From a virus (lineage: Duplodnaviria > Caudoviricetes): DNA of 64,000 nucleotides. This document shows positions 35,849-45,399 of this stretch, one piece after another (position 1 is the stretch's first letter; each line of letters begins with the position of its first letter). The stretch lies in the IMG/VR virus record IMGVR_UViG_3300046779_001841, positions 32,001-96,000 of that record; one strand, written 5' to 3'. The notes under the pieces are model-generated. The model was not told the origin of the DNA, did not search any database, and saw only the letters and a program-made list of their open reading frames with translations. The position numbers and the translations under genes were made by a program.

Positions 35849-38800
35849 TTAAATAGAACCAAAATCAAAAGATTGCTCAATAGGATCATCAATAATAAAT
35901 CCATAATCCCAATTAGTAGCACCTACTAATTGACCATCGGGACCCCAAACAGCGACTTCTCCTTCATTTGTGCCAACATCATAAGTAGCGGCCGAACCTA
36001 ATCCACTTACCATTGTCACATCTATCGCACCACTCACCCATTCATTACCATCATAAAATAAAACATCATCTGTATTTGGTGCAGGTGCATTTACATCAAT
36101 CAGTTCATCTATACTTAAATTTAAAATGCCTTTCAAAGTTTCTATATCAATAAGTGAAGTTATATCGGAATTTGAAGTCAATATATCAGTGATTAAAAGA
36201 CCTCCAATACTCGTAGCACGATCTAAAATTACCGAACTAATTGCACCCGTGTTATCTAACAAAACAATATTTTCTGATCCAGTGCCTACATTATAAGTAG
36301 CACTTGTACCCAATCCAGAAATTATTGTTGTAGATATTGCACTATTAATCCATTCTTCACCATCATATAATAAAACTTGATTTTCTAAAGGTAGTGGTGC
36401 ATTTACATCACTTAATTCATCTAAACTTAAATTACTTATAGAAGAACCAATCGTATCTACAACCCAAGCAGTAGTAGCAACTCTAGTACTATCATCATTG
36501 AGATTAGGTGTTGTTGCATAGGCTTCAGCTAAAGAAGAAGTAGTGGTTACTGTTAAACTATCACTTGCCAAAGATGTAGTGACTTCTAAACTATCTGCAT
36601 TAATATCACCAATAAAAGAATTGAGAACTGCATCAAGTCTTGGCAAATTATCACTATCTGTTAAATCAGTACTTGCTAATTCCAAATCATTTTTTAAAGT
36701 AGGAATGTCTATGAGATTATTAACATTGTCATTAACAGTAATAATATCATCAATATTAACACCACCTATTGAACCAGCTTTATCTAAGATAGTGGCATCA
36801 ATCGCACCATTACCATCAAGAAGTAAAACAGTATCTGCAGTAGTACCTGCATTATAAGTAGCACTTGTACCCAAACCTAAATTAGTTCTTGCACTACCTT
36901 GAGCAAGAGCATTACCTGCGATTTCACTAAAAGTATTGGCAACTTGGAAAACATCAGTAGTGTCTAAAGTAACGATATTTCCAAAACTATCTAAAGTATC
37001 TGTATTTGATTTAATTTGAGTATCTAAGAGTGTTAAAGCACCTGTGATAGTTTCTGATAGATTAAGATAATTTGTACCTACAAAAGGAATGAAACTACCA
37101 TTGATTGCAAGACCTACTGCAGTTTCAATACTATCAATCTCAGCTTGTGCAGAAGCTATTGCCAAATCACTTGCACTTAGCAATTCAATCCAAGCATTAC
37201 CATCAGAGATATAACTCTTACTTGTAGAAGTAACAATATAGACATAACCAATATTCGTTTCATCAGCAACAGGTTTATCTTCTTCATTAACAACGACAAC
37301 AACAGTAGTCAAAGCAAAAGCAGGAATTTGATCTGCACTAAGTTTACCTATTGCATCAAGAGTAGCAATACCATTAATAGCACCTGCTTGAGTAGTCTTT
37401 AAAACACCTGTTAAATTTACACCAGATAGAATAGGTAGAGTATCATTAACACTCATTAATAAAACATTACCTGCTTGTGTACCTGCATCAAGAGTTGCAC
37501 TTGTACCTAATTCAAGATTATCTCTTGCAGTCGCAACATTATTTAAATCACTAAGATTATTTGCTACAAGCAAAACATCAGTAGTATCTAAAGTAGCAAC
37601 TGTTCCCAAACCTTGAATGATATTGGTATCAATAACACTATTGATCCATTCTGTTCCATTATATAAAAGAACTTCATTAGCAACAGGATCTGTTAAAATA
37701 ACATCAGATAAAGTATTAAGAGCAGGTGAGAAAGAACTTAATTCATTTTGAACAAAAGCAGTGGTAGCAACTCTAGTAGAATTATCACCAGCATTTGGAG
37801 TATTCGCAGAAGCAGTACCTAAAGAAGAAGTAGTAGTGATTGTTAAGCTATTGCCAGATAAAATACCACTAGCAGTAATATCATGTGCATTAAGATTACC
37901 AGTAGTAGTGATACCACCAGCACCAAAAGAAACTTGACCACCAAGAAGATTTTGGATTGTGCGACCAGGTTGTAAAACGATATTACTTAAATTAGATGTA
38001 CCACTAACTTGTAAAGTTCCTTCAGATAAAACATTCCCATTTCCACTAACAGAAAACATTGGGAAAACACCATTAAATAAACTTAAAGATTGTGTACCAT
38101 CACCAGCAATTTTAATAGAACCAGTAAAGCTATTGATTGCACGACCCAATAAAGCAACATCTTGTGCTAAAGGTAAATGATTATTCGCAGTGCCAATATC
38201 ATAAGCACTCGCAGTACCTAAATTATCAATAACATTATTTAAAGAAGTTTCCGTGTTAAAAAGAGCAGTATCAATTTTACCAATAGCAGTATGATGACTA
38301 TCAATATCTTCTATATAATGTGTAGATGAATAAACAGGTCTTGAACCATCACCATTTAAACCTAAACTTGTTTGTGTAGTATCTATTTCATCTTGGATAT
38401 TGATAAAATCATCTGTTTTAACAAGATCTGCAACATCACTAAGATCAGCACTAGAAAGTTGGGAATTAGTAAAAGCACCACCACCATTATATTTTAAGAC
38501 ATCACTATTGCCTACAGGATTATTGATAATAACACCAGCAATATTATTTAAAGCAACAGAAACAGATGCTTCTATATTACCAGCATTTAGAGAAAAAGTA
38601 ATATCATTGTGGTTTAAATTATTATCAACAAGATTTTGACCGACTGCGTTTATAGCATCTTCATCTGTATATGAAACAGGCAAATCTGATGGTATAAATT
38701 TATTATTTACACCATCAAAGATGAGAATTTTACCATTAGCATTACCAGAAAGATCAACATCAGATAAATCATCAATGCTAAGTCTATCATTAACAAAAGC

Positions 38801-41638
38801 ATTGATTTCGTGATTATATTTTAATGTTTGACCTTGAGATAATTGTAATTCGGTAATGACAACATCTGTGAGATCGTCTAATTGTGTAACACCACCAGCA
38901 AGATTAATTAAAGTTCTTACAAAAGAAGCATTAGCAACTTCACTACCATTAGCATCAATATCAGTATTGACTAAAACAGAATTAGAACCTGTAAAGTCTA
39001 TGTTGCCAGTGAAAGTCTTATTACCTGTAATTGTTTGATTTTGATCAAGGAAAACAAGATTATTAGCATCTGTAAGTAAAGAAGTAGATAAAGAAGATGG
39101 ATTCCAGATACCTGCATTATAAACAAGTGCTTGATTATTTACAGGTGGATTTGTAGTAGTATCTACATCAGATAATTTATCAATACTTGGTAAAGCAGTA
39201 AGATTTTGACCACTGATCGCAGGTAAGCCATTAACACCTATTTGAACAACATTAGTATTAGCAGTGCCAACATTATAAATAGCACTTGTACCTAAACCTA
39301 AATTAGTTCTTGCATTAGATCTTGCGATATTATCACCAGCAATTTCATTAAAAGCATTGGCAACTAAGAAAACATCTGTATCATCTAAAAGACTAGCAGT
39401 GCCTAAATTATCTAAACTATTACTATTCGCTTTAATTTCAGCATCAAGTTTACCTAAAGCAACATGATGACTATCAGTATTTAGAATATAATTGTTAGAT
39501 GAATAAATAGGTCTTGAACCATTAGCATTTAAACCTAAACTTGTTTGAGTAGTATTTACTTCAGCTTGATTAGATGATGCTTGAGTATCTAATTTACCAA
39601 TAGCAGATAACAAGCTATCTGTATTTAGGATATATGCAGTGGATGAGTAATTTGGTTTAGAACCATCATTATTGAAACCAGCACTAGAGATGATAGCATC
39701 AATCGTATCACCATTAATATTACCAATAGCAGTTTGAACAAAAGCAGTAGTGGCAACTTTAGTGGAATTATCACCTTGTGCTTGAGTGATAAAAGTAGGT
39801 GCAGTATTTACTAAGACAACATTTGCACTATTGCTCAAATCGGATGATGCTAATTTAGAATTAACATATTCCACACCATTAAATCTTAGTGTTTGACCAG
39901 CGACTTGAGTATTTGTATCAATACTCACATCTAATAAATCATTTAATTCAACAGCACCTCCACCACCACCACCACCTTCAGCAATAAGAGTTCTTACAAA
40001 AGAAGTGGTAGCAATTTGATTGTTATTGCTATTGTTTGCAGGTGCAGGTGCAGTTGGTGTTCCAGTGAAAGCAGGACTATTGATAGGTGCATAAATACCA
40101 CTAACACCTTCAATATCAGTGCTTTTAATTTTAGCATTTGACCATCTATTTGTAGCAAGATCATATTTAAGAAATTGATTACTTTCCAAATTAGAAAATG
40201 AAATATCACTAAGATCACTCAAAGGACTATTCTTTGTTAAGACATCACTATCACTTAATAAAGATGCAGAACCTAAACCTAAGTTAGTTCGAGCAGTTGC
40301 CAAATTAGTAAGTCCAGCTAAGTTATCTGTTTTCTTTAATAGACCATCAGTGCCTGTAATATCTGTAAAAGCTATTTTAGCATTAACAAATTTAGCACCA
40401 TCATATTTTAAAACTTGATCAATCTGTAATGCACTAACTTGTACATCTGTTAAGTCATTAAGTTGAGAAGCACCACCTAAACCACCACCTTGAGAAAAAA
40501 TTTGTCTAACCCAGCCTGTAGTCGCAATGGTATTATCATTACTATTAAATAATGGTTCAGTGGATTTTGCACTACCAGTGAAAGTAGGATTATTGATAGG
40601 AGCATAAATTTTATTAATATCGGAAATATCAGCAACAGAGAGAGAACGATTAGTCCATTTACCAGTGGTGCTATCATAACTTAAAAGATTTTTATTTTGA
40701 AGATTAACAAAAGTAACATTTGCCAAAGAATTTAATGTAGAACCAATCGGTAAAAAATCACTTGTACTAGATGTAGATGCAGAACCTAAACCAAGATTAG
40801 TTCGAGCAGTCGCTAAATTAGTAAGTCCAGCTAGATTATCTGTTTTTTTCATCAAAGAATTTATATCAGATAAGTTTGTCGAACTAAGAGTGCTATTAAT
40901 CCATTTGCCATTAGAATATTTTAAGAAATGATTATTTTGTAAAGCAAGACCACCTAATAAGACATCACCTAAATCACCAATAGAAAAAGAACTTAAAGAA
41001 ACAGTCGCATTGATTTTATCTTGAGCATCTGCATTAACAAAAGAAATACCTGTATGATTACCATTTTGTAAAGCAAGACCGACTGCATCTCTTGCATCTT
41101 CATCTGTATATTGAGTGAGAGTAGTGCCAATAGTACCATCAACTAGAGTGATAGGTGCATTTACAGAAAAAGAATCAATCGCTCTTTGTTCAGTGAAATA
41201 TAAATTGTTTTCACCTTCAGGAATATCATCAGTGGAATTGATATTTTCTGGATTGACAAGACCAAGTAAACCTACTTGTGGATTTTCTTCAAGACCTTGA
41301 TTGATAGGCATTTCAGTAATATAAGGTGTCCAATAGGTATTGATTAATCTTTTATAAGATTTCAATTCCATTTCAGTTTGATCTTCTAAAGTAAAAGTGT
41401 AGACCAAACTGCTATTTAATTCAGGTTTATAAGTAGTGCCTTTAATGATACCTATTGTTCTTTGTGTTTCATTAGGATAAGTGAATTTTAGACTAATATT
41501 GATAACACCAGAAACTTTAATTTTGATCGTGTTTTTTATTTGTGAAGCAGGCAGGACAAAAGTAGTATCTGCAAAGACAAGATATTCGGTAGATTCTTGT
41601 GCTTGAATTTCACCACCATTAAGAATTTCAACAATCAT
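35849..41638 (-). CDS. Very long fibre protein (1929 aa) with LxDLxDV and ARTNLGLG repeats
   Basis: Many L.DL.DV...W.N modules, ATARTNLGLGSAS repeats and D.ST(R/K)VATT.FV repeats. Confidence 0.85.
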   Translation of the reverse strand: MIVEILNGGEIQAQESTEYLVFADTTFVLPASQIKNTIKIKVSGVINISLKFTYPNETQRTIGIIKGTTYKPELNSSLVYTFTLEDQTEMELKSYKRLINTYWTPYITEMPINQGLEENPQVGLLGLVNPENINSTDDIPEGENNLYFTEQRAIDSFSVNAPITLVDGTIGTTLTQYTDEDARDAVGLALQNGNHTGISFVNADAQDKINATVSLSSFSIGDLGDVLLGGLALQNNHFLKYSNGKWINSTLSSTNLSDINSLMKKTDNLAGLTNLATARTNLGLGSASTSSTSDFLPIGSTLNSLANVTFVNLQNKNLLSYDSTTGKWTNRSLSVADISDINKIYAPINNPTFTGSAKSTEPLFNSNDNTIATTGWVRQIFSQGGGLGGASQLNDLTDVQVSALQIDQVLKYDGAKFVNAKIAFTDITGTDGLLKKTDNLAGLTNLATARTNLGLGSASLLSDSDVLTKNSPLSDLSDISFSNLESNQFLKYDLATNRWSNAKIKSTDIEGVSGIYAPINSPAFTGTPTAPAPANNSNNNQIATTSFVRTLIAEGGGGGGGAVELNDLLDVSIDTNTQVAGQTLRFNGVEYVNSKLASSDLSNSANVVLVNTAPTFITQAQGDNSTKVATTAFVQTAIGNINGDTIDAIISSAGFNNDGSKPNYSSTAYILNTDSLLSAIGKLDTQASSNQAEVNTTQTSLGLNANGSRPIYSSNNYILNTDSHHVALGKLDAEIKANSNSLDNLGTASLLDDTDVFLVANAFNEIAGDNIARSNARTNLGLGTSAIYNVGTANTNVVQIGVNGLPAISGQNLTALPSIDKLSDVDTTTNPPVNNQALVYNAGIWNPSSLSTSLLTDANNLVFLDQNQTITGNKTFTGNIDFTGSNSVLVNTDIDANGSEVANASFVRTLINLAGGVTQLDDLTDVVITELQLSQGQTLKYNHEINAFVNDRLSIDDLSDVDLSGNANGKILIFDGVNNKFIPSDLPVSYTDEDAINAVGQNLVDNNLNHNDITFSLNAGNIEASVSVALNNIAGVIINNPVGNSDVLKYNGGGAFTNSQLSSADLSDVADLVKTDDFINIQDEIDTTQTSLGLNGDGSRPVYSSTHYIEDIDSHHTAIGKIDTALFNTETSLNNVIDNLGTASAYDIGTANNHLPLAQDVALLGRAINSFTGSIKIAGDGTQSLSLFNGVFPMFSVSGNGNVLSEGTLQVSGTSNLSNIVLQPGRTIQNLLGGQVSFGAGGITTTGNLNAHDITASGILSGNSLTITTTSSLGTASANTPNAGDNSTRVATTAFVQNELSSFSPALNTLSDVILTDPVANEVLLYNGTEWINSVIDTNIIQGLGTVATLDTTDVLLVANNLSDLNNVATARDNLELGTSATLDAGTQAGNVLLMSVNDTLPILSGVNLTGVLKTTQAGAINGIATLDAIGKLSADQIPAFALTTVVVVVNEEDKPVADETNIGYVYIVTSTSKSYISDGNAWIELLSASDLAIASAQAEIDSIETAVGLAINGSFIPFVGTNYLNLSETITGALTLLDTQIKSNTDTLDSFGNIVTLDTTDVFQVANTFSEIAGNALAQGSARTNLGLGTSATYNAGTTADTVLLLDGNGAIDATILDKAGSIGGVNIDDIITVNDNVNNLIDIPTLKNDLELASTDLTDSDNLPRLDAVLNSFIGDINADSLEVTTSLASDSLTVTTTSSLAEAYATTPNLNDDSTRVATTAWVVDTIGSSISNLSLDELSDVNAPLPLENQVLLYDGEEWINSAISTTIISGLGTSATYNVGTGSENIVLLDNTGAISSVILDRATSIGGLLITDILTSNSDITSLIDIETLKGILNLSIDELIDVNAPAPNTDDVLFYDGNEWVSGAIDVTMVSGLGSAATYDVGTNEGEVAVWGPDGQLVGATNWDYGFIIDDPIEQSFDFGSI

Positions 41639-41692
41639 AGTATGCTCTCTTTTTCTATATATCTAAGAAAAAGAAAGCATATTTAATGAAAA

Positions 41693-42799
41693 TTAAGAAC
41701 CTTGATTCATAATCTCTAGGAACTTATCTGTAATCCAATCTTTAACATTATTTTGATTTAAAGTGATCATTGTACACATTTCAGCAAACCATTCGTAAAA
41801 AGAACTTTTAGCATATCGACTTGGGAAATAATCATATCCACCTAAACCTGCTTTAAAAATAGGATATAGATCACCATCATAATAAAAACCAGAATCAAAA
41901 GATTCAAACACAAGTTCTTTTTGTTTGGCTTTAAATCTAGTTTTATTTTTAAAGATACCTATTGTAAAATTTTCATCAATACGATGATGGCTATCCAAAA
42001 TATAATACATAGGCAAAAAATCACCTTTCTTTAAGTCAACATCTTTGGTATTGTCTTTATAGGTGCAAACCTTGTTATATAAGGAAATAAGTCTTTTTCT
42101 TTTCTTTTCTGTAAGAAAAAACTCATCGTATCTATGTGCTAATTCATGAATTAGCATAGATTCTGCTTTAATTCTTGTGTCTTTGACAATAGCAATTTGA
42201 TCAAAATCATGATCATAATAACCACCTATTGTCTTTGACAAAGATTTTTTATACTGGATACCACCATTTAAATAAAATAAAGATTCTTTAGTGCCAAATG
42301 CAATATTAGCATTTGGTAAACATTTATGAAAATTTAAGATTTTAGATTGTTTGATGCTCTCAATGGCTTTAAAACATTCTGTTTGAATATCTAATTTTGC
42401 TTTTGTTGAGTAGAAAGATAAAAATTCAATATTAAAATAAGGCTTTAAAGACATCGTAACATCATGTTCTACTATAGAAGTATTCATTGATGTTTTTTCT
42501 TGAGAAAGATCTAAGATCACTTGATCTATAAGTTTTAAAAACTTTTTTAAATTGGTTTTCTTTTCTTCAGATTCTCCTTCGCATAAATCATGATCACTAA
42601 TTTCTAGTAATCTTTTTAAAGATTCAGGTGGGTTTTTAATTTCAGCACTTTTCTTTAAAAGAAGAATCCAATATCCTCTAATATGAACATTTGGAATGTT
42701 TTTAAATAGTCTATAGATGCCATTTTTTGTGATCTTTAAGATTCGCAAAAAATTTTGAAGTCGAGTAATAAGACTTAAATTTGAAATTACTTCAGTCAT
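41693..42799 (-). CDS. Zincin-like HEXXH metallopeptidase-domain protein, paralog A
   Basis: LIHELAHRY...FPSRYAKSSFYEWFAEM. Confidence 0.65.
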   Translation of the reverse strand: MTEVISNLSLITRLQNFLRILKITKNGIYRLFKNIPNVHIRGYWILLLKKSAEIKNPPESLKRLLEISDHDLCEGESEEKKTNLKKFLKLIDQVILDLSQEKTSMNTSIVEHDVTMSLKPYFNIEFLSFYSTKAKLDIQTECFKAIESIKQSKILNFHKCLPNANIAFGTKESLFYLNGGIQYKKSLSKTIGGYYDHDFDQIAIVKDTRIKAESMLIHELAHRYDEFFLTEKKRKRLISLYNKVCTYKDNTKDVDLKKGDFLPMYYILDSHHRIDENFTIGIFKNKTRFKAKQKELVFESFDSGFYYDGDLYPIFKAGLGGYDYFPSRYAKSSFYEWFAEMCTMITLNQNNVKDWITDKFLEIMNQGS

Positions 42800-42837
42800 G
42801 GTATGTATCCTTTGTTGGAAGAGATACCATCCTTATA

Positions 42838-43884
42838 TTAATCTTCTTTAAGATTACCTTGATTTACAATTTTTAAAAACTTATTTTTATTCCAATCTTT
42901 AACATTATTTTGATTTAAAGTGGTCATCGTACACATCTCAGCAAACCATTCGCCAAAACAATTTTTAGCATATCGACTTGGGAAATAGTTATATCCTTTA
43001 AGATATTTTTTATCTGAAAAACCATCTTCACTATCATAAGTTTCAAAACTTTCAGCCTGATTTACACAAGAATGTGCATAATAATTAGGCATTAGATCAC
43101 CATCTTTTAGATTTAGTTTTTTGAACCCTTTAATAGTATTTTTATACTTAGAAACTTTTTTATATAAAATTTTAAGTTCTTTTTTTTGTTTTCTCTTGAG
43201 AGAGTAAAAGAACCTATGTGAAAATTCATGTATTAAGATTGAGATGTCACTAAAACTTTTAGTAACCACTCCAAGTATATCATTATGATAGTAATAAAAT
43301 CCAGTTAGATCCTGCTCCAAATATTCATCATCTTCATTGATTTTTTGTAGATAAACTAATAGACTTTTAGTGCCAAAAGCAACATGAGCATCTAATAAAC
43401 ATTTATCAAAATTTAAGATTTTAGATTGTTTGATCTTATCTATCACATCTAAACATTTTCTTTCAACTTCTAATTTCTCTTGAATAGTACAATAAGATAA
43501 AAATTCAATCTTAAAATATGGTTGCAATGTAGTTTTAATTTGATTTTCCACCACAGCAGACTTCTTAGTAGTTTTTTCTTGAGAAAGATCTAAGACGACT
43601 TGATCTATAAGTTTTAAAAACTTTTTTAAATTGGTTTTCTTTTCTCCAGATTTACCATGACATAAATCATGATCACTAATTTCTAGTAATCTTTTTAAAG
43701 ATTCGGGCTGATTTTTAATTTCAGCACTTTTCTTTAAGATGAGAAACCATAATCCTGCAATTTGATGGTTGGGTAAAGTTTTATTAAAAGATTTGTAGAT
43801 AGAACTTTTAGATCGAACTTTTAAAGTTTGGACAAAACTTTCAAGACGGCTGATAAGACTTAAATTTGAAACTACTTCAGTCAT
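42838..43884 (-). CDS. Zincin-like HEXXH metallopeptidase-domain protein, paralog B
   Basis: LIHEFSHRF...FPSRYAKNCFGEWFAEM; tandem duplicate of paralog A. Confidence 0.65.
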   Translation of the reverse strand: MTEVVSNLSLISRLESFVQTLKVRSKSSIYKSFNKTLPNHQIAGLWFLILKKSAEIKNQPESLKRLLEISDHDLCHGKSGEKKTNLKKFLKLIDQVVLDLSQEKTTKKSAVVENQIKTTLQPYFKIEFLSYCTIQEKLEVERKCLDVIDKIKQSKILNFDKCLLDAHVAFGTKSLLVYLQKINEDDEYLEQDLTGFYYYHNDILGVVTKSFSDISILIHEFSHRFFYSLKRKQKKELKILYKKVSKYKNTIKGFKKLNLKDGDLMPNYYAHSCVNQAESFETYDSEDGFSDKKYLKGYNYFPSRYAKNCFGEWFAEMCTMTTLNQNNVKDWNKNKFLKIVNQGNLKED

Positions 43885-43919
43885 GATAAGTATCCTTTGT
43901 TGAAGTTACGATACTTATA

Positions 43920-44174
43920 TTAATCTTCAATAAAATATCCTTGTTTCTCTATATCAAGAATAAGTGATGCGAGTTTTAATGGGTCTTTACCTTTAACAAG
44001 TATTTTATCTTCGACTTGTGAAAATTGAACATCTTTAGATCTAAGATATGAAAAAAATTTTTCACCAAATGGTCTGTCCTTTGGATATATTGTAAATGAA
44101 TATTCCCTTTGCATCGTTTTTTCAATCCAAGATTTTACTAAATCTTTCGGAATGATTGTATTTTTCTCAGTCAT
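43920..44174 (-). CDS. Hypothetical protein
   Basis: ORF abutting the sigma-like gene; start re-assigned to MTEKN. Confidence 0.6.
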   Translation of the reverse strand: MTEKNTIIPKDLVKSWIEKTMQREYSFTIYPKDRPFGEKFFSYLRSKDVQFSQVEDKILVKGKDPLKLASLILDIEKQGYFIED

Positions 44175-44175
44175 T

Positions 44176-44739
44176 TTAATATATCGCTTTATATCCAAAT
44201 TCTTGTTTGTGTGTTCCTCTTAATAATGAGATGTTATCTTTTATATATGAAAGGTTTTCATATATATCTTTCAAATCTGGAATGTGTTTCATTTCATTTA
44301 AAGATTTGATTAAAGTATATCTCACTTTGCCTTGTGTTTCACCAATAAGAGTAGCAACTCTTGATTGACTAGACCATAAATATATATAAACAAGAATAGT
44401 CAAAGTTCTATCTGTATAATATTTAGATAATCGTTCTTCTAGTTCTTCTTTAGTATATTTAGTGATCTTAACCATTTTAGATAAACGATCAATACTTTTT
44501 TGGATGCGATAATGAATATTTGGTTGTGTAAAACCAAATATTTTACCAAGCACTGCTTGTGGAATACCTTTAAGAAAAAGTTCTATAATATCAGCTTCTA
44601 AAGGACTTATTAAATCTAATTGTTCTAAAACAATTTTAAATTTTTCTTCATCTTCTTCAGACATATCTTTTTGTATAGCGATATTATCAAAAAAAGAATC
44701 TTTATCGGAAAAAAGACTTTCCATTAATCGTGGATCCAT
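44176..44739 (-). CDS. Sigma70 region-4-like protein with two HTH modules
   Basis: LISPLEADIIELFLKGIPQAVLGKIFGFTQPNIHYRIQKSIDRL plus a second SQSRVATLIGETQGKVRYTLIKSL HTH. Confidence 0.65.
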   Translation of the reverse strand: MDPRLMESLFSDKDSFFDNIAIQKDMSEEDEEKFKIVLEQLDLISPLEADIIELFLKGIPQAVLGKIFGFTQPNIHYRIQKSIDRLSKMVKITKYTKEELEERLSKYYTDRTLTILVYIYLWSSQSRVATLIGETQGKVRYTLIKSLNEMKHIPDLKDIYENLSYIKDNISLLRGTHKQEFGYKAIY

Positions 44740-44743
44740 GTTT

Positions 44744-45382
44744 TTACTCCAAACAGAAATTGTCTAATAAAGTTAAGATTTCGATAGATCGCATCTTGAT
44801 CATCACTATGTAATATTGAACTTCTTCATTAAGCTGTGTTCCTTTTTTACTCTTGGTTGTTCTGCAACCATTTTCAATCCATTTGCGAACCATAGCTTTT
44901 CTTAATTCTATTATATCTGGTTTTTCGTATGGAAACCAATCATCATCATTTGTGTTTAAGATGTCTATGATTTCACATTCCATGCCATTAAAATCACCAT
45001 CTTTTATTTTTACGATATTTCCAATTTTAAATTTGCCACCTTTATCACTGGCTTTTTTAACCATTGCTTTCAAATCACTATCTAGGATAACACCACTACC
45101 CGTTAATCCAGATCTTTCATCATATTCACTGACTATTCTCAAAACATATTGTGTTCTAGTCAATGAATAGTAATTATTAAAAGGATAACAATTTTTTATA
45201 AATATGTAACCTTCTAAAAGATTTGTTGAACACTCACCAGTCTTTATGATAGGAATAAAAACATCTGTTGGTTTAAATCTATTATTTCTACAGACAATAG
45301 AAAGAAGATTGCCATGTCTAGCTTCATCTTCACCTTTTTCTGTAAGTTCTAAGATAACCCAATTTTCTTCTTTTAATGCCAT
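44744..45382 (-). CDS. nusG: NusG-family transcription elongation factor (NGN plus KOW)
   Basis: WVIL...VFIP...LLEGYIFI...V..IV and FKIGNIVKIKDGDFNG KOW. Confidence 0.8.
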   Translation of the reverse strand: MALKEENWVILELTEKGEDEARHGNLLSIVCRNNRFKPTDVFIPIIKTGECSTNLLEGYIFIKNCYPFNNYYSLTRTQYVLRIVSEYDERSGLTGSGVILDSDLKAMVKKASDKGGKFKIGNIVKIKDGDFNGMECEIIDILNTNDDDWFPYEKPDIIELRKAMVRKWIENGCRTTKSKKGTQLNEEVQYYIVMIKMRSIEILTLLDNFCLE

Positions 45383-45399
45383 ATATATACCTATGGTGT

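Noticed and set aside
21359-41300. Many 60-110-aa plus-strand and alternative-frame ORFs inside the fibre genes
   Set aside because: They are shadow ORFs from codon bias and repeats (Val/Pro/Ala-rich antisense translations) with no RBS or motifs.
44850-44960. Intein in the NusG insertion
   Set aside because: Too short, and lacks the N-terminal Cys/Ser block and C-terminal His-Asn junction.
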